A DNA stretch of 64,000 nt, taken from assembly GCF_036588685.1 (NCBI RefSeq), contig NC_086382.1, positions 55,800,001-55,864,000 of the forward strand, in the 5' to 3' direction. Of the stretch, positions 53,101-64,000 are shown in pieces (the stretch's first letter is position 1; each line of letters starts with the position of its first letter). The notes under the pieces are model-generated. The model made no database searches, was not told the origin of the DNA, and saw only the letters and a list, made by a program, of their open reading frames with translations. Position numbers and translations under genes: made by a program. The DNA comes from Mytilus trossulus. Lineage: Eukaryota.

Positions 53101-54939
53101 AAATTTTAAAGCCAGGGAAAAATCTTGTTTCCATATCTGGATTTGATTGGTTATGCAATCTAAATTAATATGTAAGAAGAGATAGAAATATTGCTAATTA
53201 GACGGCTCTCTTCCATACACATGGATTAAGTCCTAGCCCTGTTCAGCTAATAGTATTGATGACCATACGTTGAAAAATAACTCCGGACAGGATTTATGAC
53301 TGTTACGACCGGCCTAAAACTGAATTTAAGTTTCAATATTAAGAATACTTGGTCCTAGAACTATTTTATAACTGCTGAAAGAAATGATGAAATGGTAGGT
53401 CCAATAATGAGGTTAACTCTGGACGAAGTTCAGTTTGCAAAACCAAACCCTATACACATTTCGCCTGTGACCATGTCTGCTTTTGAATTTAGGAATTGAT
53501 CTGGACTATTTTGTTAGCACCAGACCTGTTCTAGTTATGTTTTACATTCTCTTCGTCTGCCCTAAGATATATTTTACATGATTCATGAGGATGGTAAATT
53601 TTGATCTGATCAATTTTATCTGCCCACAAATAATGGTGCGGTAAAGCTGATTTGTCCTCAGGTCTAGTCTGATCTTCAGAAGCTTTAAAAACCAGATGAA
53701 CAATGAATTGTTATAGTCTGATTTGGATACAATTAACTTGCAGGTATGCTTTACTTTTTAGGGTTAACGTGTAGAATTAACTTGTGTAAAGGAACAGGAC
53801 TGTACCCATCTGTAGAGGAAATAACGTTAAACCATTTTTGTAATAGACTGAAATTCTGATCAGAGTGTATCTTAATTGTTGACAAGATCATATCGTCATG
53901 ACCAACAGAAAGATTTTAGTCATAAACATTGGAAAATAATTATTTGTTGTTACAATTGGTATTGACGCAAAAATGTAACAGATTTTACTTTGATCCTGAC
54001 ATCTAAACACATGCCATCCCTTATCGAGCCGACAATTTTGGCAAAGAGATCTCATCCGGTAGTTTCTTTCTAATGAAAAAAATAGTCATTAGATATGTAG
54101 TCATTCATAATCAATCTCTTTTTAGTTCTCGGGTCAAGGCCCGCACATTCAATTTCATTTCATTATTTTAAGAATTGTATAACTGTTACAACTTCAAGAT
54201 TGTATGGGTTAATACCTGTTCATGTTAATTGTTGTCTTCAAAAACTTCATCAGTTGAAAAATGTGTTCGCAGTTATGCCAGTGTTGGCAAATAGATTGGA
54301 TTATCGACAGTCGTAGTGACTTAATATGCCCCGTAATATAATAAAACAAACCCTTTAATGTCACAATATTGATCCTAGTAAAAGTGCTTTCCCATTCACT
54401 TGTATCTAACTATCACGTAACTGCACATTGTTACTGAAAGAAATACTAGATGACTTCAAATCATGCAACATAACTTTTAAAACTAGAAACTTTTACAGCA
54501 AAGCACTTACGTATCATTGGAACAAAAAAGGGAATCACTCAAAGTTAAATAATTAAACATTAGATGTAATGTGTCTTTGCATGATGCTTATTTCTGTATC
54601 AAAAGCTGAAGTGAACAAAATTAAAATCACAAAAAAACTGAACTCAAAGGAAAATCAAATCGGAAAGTCCCTAATCTTATGGCAAAATCAAATGACAAAG
54701 TATAATAGAAAATGTGTCAAAAAGCAGAACAGAACAGAATGAACAAAGTAAAATTGGTGTGAAAGACCTAAAAGAGAGTTGAAAAACACCAAAGGAATAT
54801 TCAAACTCATTTTAAAATAAAAAAACAAATAACACCTCCGTGGCTGAAAAAGCAGGCAAACAAAAGTCCACCAAACACAACATAGAAAATGAAAGGCTAA
54901 GCAAAACGGACCTCACAAAAAATGGGATTTATTTCGAAG

Positions 54940-55470
54940 CTGAAATATTTACCAATTGTGAACTTTCAATTTCAAAGTGGCAACATTCCAGCACCAACTG
55001 CATACAGGATATACATCTCCTAATTGATTCGATTTTTCCCGTATTTGGGTTTCCTATCATGATAGAGGGTTAAGGCTGACAAGGAAGCTATTGAACCAAG
55101 AGTTCTAAAAGTTGAAATCATCCATTCGTAAATTTGACGAACGCCATTACGAGTTGGTTGACCGTTATGGAATAACCGTTTCACAAATTATAAAAGATAT
55201 GTTCCTTACGTCGTAAATAAAAACCCATTTCCTTTTCATTTATGTGACCTACCGAATTAGACTATTTCCCGGATTTGTTATCACATAAGCAACACGACGG
55301 GTGCCACATGGTGAGCAGGATCTGCTTACCCTTCCAGAGCAACTGATATCACCACCGTTTTTTAGTGGGGTTTGTGTTGCTTATTTTTTTATGTTCTATG
55401 CTGTGTCATGTGTATTATGGTTTGTCTGTTTGTCTTGTTCATTTTTAGTCATGGTGTTGTCGGTATCCGT
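54940..55470 (+). mobile_element. Decayed 3' end of a second PLE family (RT C-terminus plus 3'UTR)
   Basis: Broken frames give PIVNF, GNIPAPTAYRIYIS, DRGLRLTRKLLNQEF and LKSSIRKFDERHYELVDRYGITVSQ, homologous to FPIVNFPFL..P.APSYGVYISQL of the intact element. Confidence 0.75.
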
Positions 55471-56927
55471 AGTGTCAGTTGTATTTATTCATCTTACTTA
55501 GTTTTCGTCTGATGTTATTAAAATGTTCATACGATTTATTCAAATGTACTATTCTTTATAAAATGTTTCTAGTTCCAATATTTGATGCCGTGTTAATTGT
55601 TCTATCTGTAGAGATAACAAGCCGGAAGTCTTTTCCAAAATCGCACCACTTATTCGATCGTATAATACTATGGACTGACTTCGAGTACGTCTAAAATACC
55701 TTATTTAACGGAAACAAAAATAAAGTAAAAATGCTTCCTCGCCACCGTTACAAATAAATAAGTATGCATTGCAAAAACAGTGCACTTGGTTGTTTAAATT
55801 GTTTTTAACATAAGAATAAGTGATATTTGAAATAATCAGTAAAGAAATCTAAATGGTGTTTTTATGTTTTCACTTTGTAATGGAATAAAGTTTATTTTAG
55901 AAATCATTGATGTGGGGTTAATTAACACTGTTACTATCACCGCTTGGCCCCTTTTAATCAATATTGTACATTGAACGATCGAGAGGGATATACTATCGAC
56001 ATACAGAACAAACATGTGTAAAAATCAGTTTAAATTGAAGCCCTATAAATAGTATCTACTCTAGCATGACTTATTTGTCAATTCTTTCGAAAAAAAACTC
56101 TTTAACTGAAGATTGAAATAAACAAATAATTTCCCCATAGGCGACAATGGTAGCCTTTTTCAAGATACCATCTTTAGAAAGTTGATTTTTTTAACGAAAG
56201 CCTGCTAGATTCAAGAGATAAGTTATTAGGACAGTATTTTGTGGTCCAAAAAATATAGGTTCGCGTTGCTTTTCTTAGCGTATTTTGTACTTATTTCCCA
56301 TGCCTATCAATTTTGCCCTAAAAAATACGTGTCTTGACATAGTGTTGAAAAGTTTTCTCAGTGCCTTTAGGGCTACTGAAAAATTTGTATTTTGTCTTTT
56401 GTATAAAGCAGAGTGCACGAAGTCTCTAATAATAGAAAAATAACTGGAGCACATATCGACCAATCAGGATTAGCCATACTCTTAATTCTGAATACCATGT
56501 TATGCTCATAAAATGGCTGCGCCAATAAAATCTAATGGTGTACTGTAACCTATAGGCGAATAGTTGCTGTTCCCGTAAATTTACACAAACAGTATCAAAA
56601 CTGACGTAAAATACAAAGACAAACTTGTAATGCTTTACACTAGCTAGCAATCGAACCAGGTTTAATCCAATATTTTCTACATAAAAATGCTTCCTCAAAT
56701 TTAGAAATATGACATTTGTTGTCTGATATTTTTTTTGGCTTTAAATTTTCCATTTTGGTAGGGACTTTCCGTTCATATCCTATCATGTCCATTCAGCGTC
56801 GGTTGAAAAATTGAAGCATGTTCAAAACTTCAAATGGACCCCCAACAGTTGAGGTTGATTTTATCAAGTCTTATTGACTCCCTCTTTTTTGCCACCAGAG
56901 TTCGGGATATTGTTTTTTCTGTAAATT

Positions 56928-57075
56928 TAAGGAATGACTGTAATACTTTTTTCTGTTTATGAAGAAATAACATGATAAATGTGGTTCACACTGAATAACC
57001 CATGGGTTATTTAAAATGTGCACCACATTTTTCATGTTATTTCAAAAAGGCAGAAAAAAAGACAGTCATTTCTTA
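56928..57075. repeat. ~150 bp imperfect palindrome
   Basis: aggaatgactgt..ttttttctg..gaaataacatga..atgtggt.cac..aataacccatgggttatt..gtgcaccacat..tcatgttatttc..cagaaaaaaa..acagtcatttct. Confidence 0.8.
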
Positions 57076-59024
57076 TGATTTGATTCTTAAATCCATTTTA
57101 AATTAGAATAAATCATGAGAAAAACGTTGATGACATCACGGTCACATGACAAACTTATGTCTATGTGTTGACAAACAAAACGATGTCAATCAATCAGAGG
57201 ACGCTTTACATCCAAAATTAAATTATATTTCTTTACCCCTCTGTGTTTCTTAAACATGTTAAATGGTTATGAAAACATTGATATGAAAAAAAACTTGTAG
57301 TAAAGGAAAGCAATACTGTGATGTTGTTTTTTATTATAACGCTGGTTTTAACGACGTAAAATCTTGAATGAGCTAATGAAATCTTAGGACTTTTTATTTA
57401 TAAAACTAAAAGACGCTAATGGCTACGGCTGCTTAAGTTTTTAATAGAATAATTTGAGCATTTATGGCTTTTGATTTTCTTTTATTAAAAAGTAATCACT
57501 AAAAAAAAAATTAATAAACAGATTTTTTAACAGTCTTTTTACAGTGATATTTCTATTGAATTTCCATGACGATATTGTTTTAAGAATATTTAATGTAAGT
57601 TGATCCTAATACCCGTTGCAAATTGATATTCTTTTTATGATTTTCAGTGTTCTCTACTTTTGATTTTTTTTCATTTTTCTGTGAGATTTCATGATATCGT
57701 GTCACTTGTTTTAATTTGATTTTGTTGTACGTTGAATCAGAACATTTGGAACGTGCTATGTTTAAATGATAATGATTCCCTGGTGGTTCTGTCCGTTCAT
57801 TTTTATTTCGAAATATAAAATCTATTTACTAATGTTATAATTTTGGTTTAGTTTAAACATATCTATTTATAGTGGATTAAGAAACAAGTTTTGCAACTTA
57901 TATAAACCTCTTTCCACTTTGCGGGTGCGAGTGTTGCCTCGTAATGGCATTAGCCTGCTCTTTTGTCGAAATCTATGAGGGTGTCTTTAATGTGCAAGAG
58001 ATAAGGCTCTCTCTCAACACGGGTCAGCCATTAATCGTATTTTTATAATATCAAAAAATTCTCGGTTCTATTGTGTTTTTACAATTTCCCAATATTTTTT
58101 TTTATTCACCGCCATAGTTCATAGTTACAATTAAATGCACAAGACATGTACATAATACGAATATAATGTTCTTTATAAATCTAATTTCTTTTATTCCATA
58201 ATTTATTGTTTATGTCGATGATCCTTAGAAATAAATACAAATTGATATTTAAAAATAAGGGTTAACCAGGCATTAATATATGAACCATTGAGAAGCCGCT
58301 GACTTCTCTTTAGTATACATGCTTAAAACGGATTGAAAACGTGTATAATCACTGATAGTGCAAAACAAATTGTGAAAAGTTAGCTTAAACATCTACCATT
58401 CCAACAAATATAAACGTATTTAATCGTACAGATATAGTGGTTTTTGCTATGAAACTTCATATAAGTTTAATCATTTTGTTAGAAGAAACTGTATACCCTT
58501 CTGGTTTAATTAGCCTCAGGTGTTAAATCTTTAATTTAGCGTCTCTGTTTGTTTTTATTTCGACTTTTCTCCTGTTTGGTTTCTCTCAAATCATGTTGTT
58601 TTGTATCTCTATGACCTTTATTTATTTTTGCTGGCTGTTGTGTTGTCCTCTCTTTTCAAACAATGTTTCAATTCACAGCAGCTAGTGAAAACGCAGTTTT
58701 ACAGATTATTTGAATTTGTTTTGTTCATAACAGGTATCGTATTTGTATTAAGTTCTAGTTGGTTGGAATTCACCGGTGAAGCAGTGATGCTGAATTAATC
58801 AAACTAGTCTTAACAATATTAAACTGTACAACATGCTGTATTATACATAGTATTTAAATTCGTAAACCTTTATTCTTCTTAAAGATATATCTCTGTAACA
58901 CAGTTGTATAATAAAGTATCATAAAACAAGTAAAGGACCAAAATATCGTAGCTTAAACTATGCAACGTCATGATAGTGCTTTAGTTTTTTTTGTTTTACT
59001 TATCTAAAAACTGAAAACATCTTC

Positions 59025-59175
59025 TAGGATAAAAGGCCAATAATTTTGTACGACAGATAGGTGTTTCGTCTACAAAAATTGTTATCAATTTACATCGAAA
59101 TTAAAAGCAATATAAGGCATTATCATGTACCAAGGATAAGAGAATTGAGGTTGAGGACCCAACATTGCAAAAACT
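59025..59175 (-). repeat. Degenerate retrozyme fragment
   Basis: gtacgacagataggtgtttcgtctacaaaa...ttgaggaccc is similar to 3340-3455. Confidence 0.45.
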
Positions 59176-59530
59176 ATCTTAATGACTTTGTGTCATTTTA
59201 TATCATATTGGGTTGGTTTTTTTCTTGCATATCAAGAATTTCTTGCATTTTAACATTTTTAACCTTAGAAAAAGACTATATACTGAAAATTTAGGTATGT
59301 TTATATAATATTTAAAGACAAAATGCATAAATAAAATACATTAGCCTGTGAGTTTTATTCTTCGAATCATTTTTAAAGTCATTTCGGAGGGTTCGTAGCT
59401 GACTAGGCCGTTTGAGTTTTGCTACCTGTTGAAGGCGGTACGATGAACTTTAGTTTTTAACTTTTATGGGTTTGGTTGTATGTCAAGCAGAGGGTGTTAA
59501 GATTATAGACTTCGAGATTGGAGTATTATA

Positions 59531-60500
59531 GTATTAATGTATGGACTTTTTCATATTGGCCCTGTTACATGCCCGAGGTGTTAATAATGGCCAAGCATGG
59601 TTGTAATGGCCCTGAGGTAACGCCGAGAGCCATAACAACTGTCCGAGGCCATTATTAATATCAAGGGCATGTTAATCAAGGGTCAATATGAAAAAGTCCA
59701 TATATTGATACTTGTATTAACCAACTATAAATTAAAGGCAACTTCATTCAAGAACAGTCTTCGATATCGGATCCAAAATTATACAGCTATCCACAAACTA
59801 CAACAAGACCAATACAGAAAAGCCCGTTTCATAACATTTTTATTAAATGGTTTTAATTCCTCGATCAAACAAAGAGTAAGAAACTTACCGTGAAGAAGAT
59901 ACAGAAATTTCATAGCTGAAATTCAACAAGTTTCGCATTCAATTTCGTATGGAATTTTGGTCAACATTGTGACTGTCAGGTGTAATTTCTGATTTCTCAT
60001 CCAAGTACTTAATTTTATGCTATTGAAATTCATTTCATGTAGCAAATAAAAAGTAGCTGGGAAGAATAAATCAGATAGTTTAACTATTCTAAATCTTGCA
60101 TTCTGAGGATTGAACAACGGAAATGAAACAGTGATAATAACCGAAAGTCGTACTCGTAAAAGGCTGTGAAATATTTCCGTTTCAATTCGTTACAAAACAA
60201 TGTCAATGAACATCATTTAAACTTGTTTTTATGATATTAAGTTGGTTTTTTTTAAATTAAAAAAATGTCACACTTATTTAAAGAAATAAACCACATTTTG
60301 ATTTAATCGATGTCCCGTTACATCTGTTCATAATGCATGACTGTGATTTCGTAATGCACGGGTGTGATGTCGTAATGCTTGACTGAGATTTCGTAATGAC
60401 TGGCTGTAGCAATTTCTCCGTTCATAATGACCAGATGTCGAAATTTTCCTTTTATAAAGCATGGGCATTTCTATACATATTGTAGTAAGTTGGTTAATAA
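59531..60500. mobile_element. Hairpin-headed element: ~180 bp palindrome followed by a segment bounded by attaaccaact / agttggttaat
   Basis: tatggactttttcatattg...caatatgaaaaagtccata palindrome at 59531-59712; short inverted repeat at ~59716 and ~60489. Confidence 0.6.
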
Positions 60501-63500
60501 TTAACTATAATCTCATAAATAGATTGTTTAGTTCGTGAAACTATAAGTTACAAGGAATAATATTATTGGATGTAACACATTACGGAATTGTGCAATATAC
60601 TTAACAGTATTAACAATTTTAACACCATTTAAGATTATGTCACCTAAAATTATCTTTTGACAACTATCTAAAACTAGTTAATAGGACGATCATTCTATCT
60701 TTAATGTTAAATTTCGGCTCTGATAATTTCAGTATAGTTTTTCACATTTGTCATTCATCATTTTGTATTACTAATACTAAGTGTATCCCAAAGGACAACT
60801 GCTGTTTCGTTTGTATTTATGCAACTATTTGCCTATCTCAAAGCAGGAGAACTTTGATTAAATATAACACAAATTAATTGTTTGTCAGTGTCGTTCATCC
60901 TTCTATGTATGTCACAGTGTTTTTGTTAGTAAGCACATCAGTGATCTATTGAACGACTTACATGACTCGTTATCTGTCACACAACATACTTTATTGGAGA
61001 AACTGAGAATTTGTAAAAAGAATGTCTTATTTGTTAAAACAGAAAGATCAATTTGTTTAAGAACAAATTAGTCTTAATTAGACACAGTGTCAATAATTTG
61101 TGTTAATGGGGTAGGGTACACTATTGAACAGACCCCTGGGCCGTCATATTGGTTTATTGGTGATTTTTTTCTTATTGTATCAATACAGGCATTGATCAGA
61201 ATCCTTTGAATACAGATCTTCTAAACTCCTACTATAAAGAGTTTTATTGCCTTTATTGTATCAAGTTGGAGGAATTAAATCTTAGACTTACACAGGATCT
61301 TAATCGGAATTCTTTAATGCAATTGATTAGTCTTTTAAACTTACAATTACTAGACATCATTTACGTTACAAAGTGGGAACATTCATGGTTTCAAGGTAAG
61401 TTGTTGAATTGTTTAATTGTTTAAATTTCAAGTAAAGTCCAAATTGATAATAATAATTGCGTTGGAATTATTAACGACTAGATATATAATATGTAAGTTC
61501 CTATACTATATCCAGATCCATTTTTTTTACTATTCAATCATGTCGATATATTAATTTGATTTGAAATTCTTTAGAGAAGTACACGATGCGTATTTTTAAT
61601 ATATAGGACAAAATCTGACATCTCTCTATACACTTCTGGAATGTTTTGTTCAGTGATTTCATAAATCCTGCTTGACAGTTTACTAGGAGAAGTATATAAC
61701 ATTAATATTGATTCCGACAGTAAACCGTTTTTTTTTCTTTTAAGGACCAGACATAACACTTGAATTAGCGCCTATTGTCCGCTCAACGAGTTTTTCGGAT
61801 TTAAAAACGTTAAATTTCTGACATTATGTATTTCTGTAATGAATAAGGTAGATCCAAATGGAAATGTAACTAATTTAAAGGAATCGAATTGTAATTTGTC
61901 AGAAAAAATGATTTACAAAATTTGATTAGATTTGTTTTTTAACTGGAGAATATTTCTGATGGGTCCTCATTTCGGAGATTAGCAGGTTGACTTGTCAGTG
62001 AAAAGAAAGTATAATTTTTCTTATGTTATCCCCCTAATATTTCAGTATTTTTGCTTTTTGTTTGCGCTCCTCCATGTACTGGTATATAGCAGTATCCCGT
62101 CTATGATTCAATAATCAACAATAGTATTAATATCTTTATAAATACATTGATATATTTACAGCTTAACGTATCAGTAAATGAATGTTGATTGGTGTTTTTT
62201 TGTTATACACGGAGGATTGAAATAAGCTTTACAGATTTAAGTTAAGACTTCGTATACTGTATTTGCAAAATCTTTTCTATCTCTACAGGCAAAAGGGTAT
62301 GCATGTAAAGCCCTTTCAAGAACCTTCTTTATATCCTATCTCACATTAAAATGATTCATGACAAACAATTGTCACTTTTTATTCTACAATAATTGGAACA
62401 GGATTTCCTGGCTTGTCTAAATTTGGAATTAATGACGGTAAAAGTCAGGGGATATTCATTAGATTGATAATCATTGAAAATCACACGGATATAAAATTTT
62501 ATTCAAATGTTTGAATCTTTATGCTCGCTTGTTTGGGAATTCATGAAAATAGGTCAAATAAAAACCTACCATTATCAACTTTTTGTAAAGTATAGTTATT
62601 TCATTGAAAATATAAATATATTGCACGGCTTATTTCTGCACGTTCTACACCTTTCCTTCTTATACCACACATTGTTCGATTAAATGCACAACATAAATGA
62701 AGAGTATATTATTTTTTTATATTTTTACTTATTTTTATGAGATAACAAATAAAACCGTTGATATTTTCTATGTTTGATTCCGTCTTTTTATGTTACGAGA
62801 TCATTCGACTTGCATACGATGATCGCCTTTTTGAGCTTTTTACAAACGTGTTTTATTGTAATATGGTTAATTGTTAAATGTTGTATCGATGTTCTTTTTT
62901 AGATCAAGAGTTCAACATGTTTTTTTTTATATTGAAAATCTGTCAGGATTCATTTTGCACATGGTTTATATATTGCCAATTATGCAATATAAATGTTCAT
63001 CAAACTCAAAGTGTCTGATCAGCCATGGGTATTTTCTAGGTTTTTATTCGATTTTGCCTCATAAAAAAATCCATTTTATGTACTCTTGTTTCTTCAACAT
63101 TGATACAAAAAGCCTTTAGTTTTTCTTGATGTATACAGACAAGTTTATCTACCGGTTCATTTATCGGAAACTCTCGGATGGTTTATAAATTACCCTTAGT
63201 TACTGATTCCGTTACTCTTTGTGATAACATGGATATTTAATTTTCCTCTATATTGCCATTATCATGGGTGTATATTTTTTGACTCATGATTTTAAATGCC
63301 CGTCTGTTATTTTTCGCCACTCTTTTGCATAATTGAAGTTTTAATTAACCTAAACGGATATCTTGTTTCCTTTTTTTTTTAACAATTTAGTCTCACACAT
63401 GCAGCAAAAATTATTGCTATTTAATATGTTGAAGCTATAATTACTGTTATTGTATTTTTCTTGTCAGAGTTTATACAAAGTTCTAATCAATTTCTTCCAG

Positions 63501-64000
63501 AAGAAAAATATTGACATAATTGTAATTACTGTTTATTTTTGTTGTAATAGTATTGAGATTCCACTTATTTTATTGTTGGAATTATAGAAATCCTTTAAAT
63601 TACGTTTTCTTCTTCCACGCCTTATACAAAACCAATCTATTGTATAGTTTTTTTTTTGGTTCTTGTGTCTCAAAAAGCTTATATTTACATTTGGAAACTT
63701 CGTTTAACCTTTTTACGTGAATTTGTGTATGAGCAAAAACTTATATGTTTACCATCCAAATATTGATGTCATAGTCATTTTCCTTTAAAAGAATGCACGC
63801 AATAAAACGCGTACACAGATATAACTCTTTTTCTGATTCTCGTGTACCAAATGCAGGAAATGACAGGAACAGCAATGACAACAAAGTTCAATATAGACCT
63901 GGTTCCTGCAGAGAATATATTTGGGAATCTAACTCTGTAGTTTAACATTTATTAGTTAAACATTTAACTAAAATGAAGTTCTTTACGTGACTAGTTGATT

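Noticed and set aside
53400-53745. Coding-like block ending in cag|gtatg
   Set aside because: The frames I translated contain stops and no family is recognisable by eye; blastx would be needed.
1251-63119. Remaining 60-120 aa ORFs in the track
   Set aside because: Composition is typical of chance ORFs in AT-rich DNA, many lie within repeats, and none has recognisable motifs.

Overview
AT-rich, repeat-dense eukaryotic DNA. The repeat families resemble those of a bivalve mollusc, probably Mytilus (inference). No host gene can be identified with confidence. The main feature is a minus-strand Penelope-like retroelement of the permuted Naiad type (N-terminal GIY-YIG endonuclease, CxC linker, C-terminal RT) at ~23873-27970. 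The ORF track splits it into two ORFs. Hand translation shows one frameshift-free frame of ~1000 codons, broken only by in-frame TGA codons. Five of these (27751, 27658, 27625, 26764, 26350) fall at Cys-motif positions, and a possible sixth lies at 27925. A well-formed SECIS hairpin sits ~140 nt after the TAA stop, so this is most likely a retrotransposon encoding a multi-selenocysteine protein. Also present: a second decayed SECIS-bearing 3'UTR relic, an inverted copy of the element's 3' end, ~340-350 nt hammerhead-ribozyme retrozymes, a triple-nested insertion (Helentron-like repeat < TTAA foldback MITE < 11 kb CACAG-ended transposon carrying decayed exons), several MITEs, long palindromes and many short repeats sharing the Naiad 3' tail.
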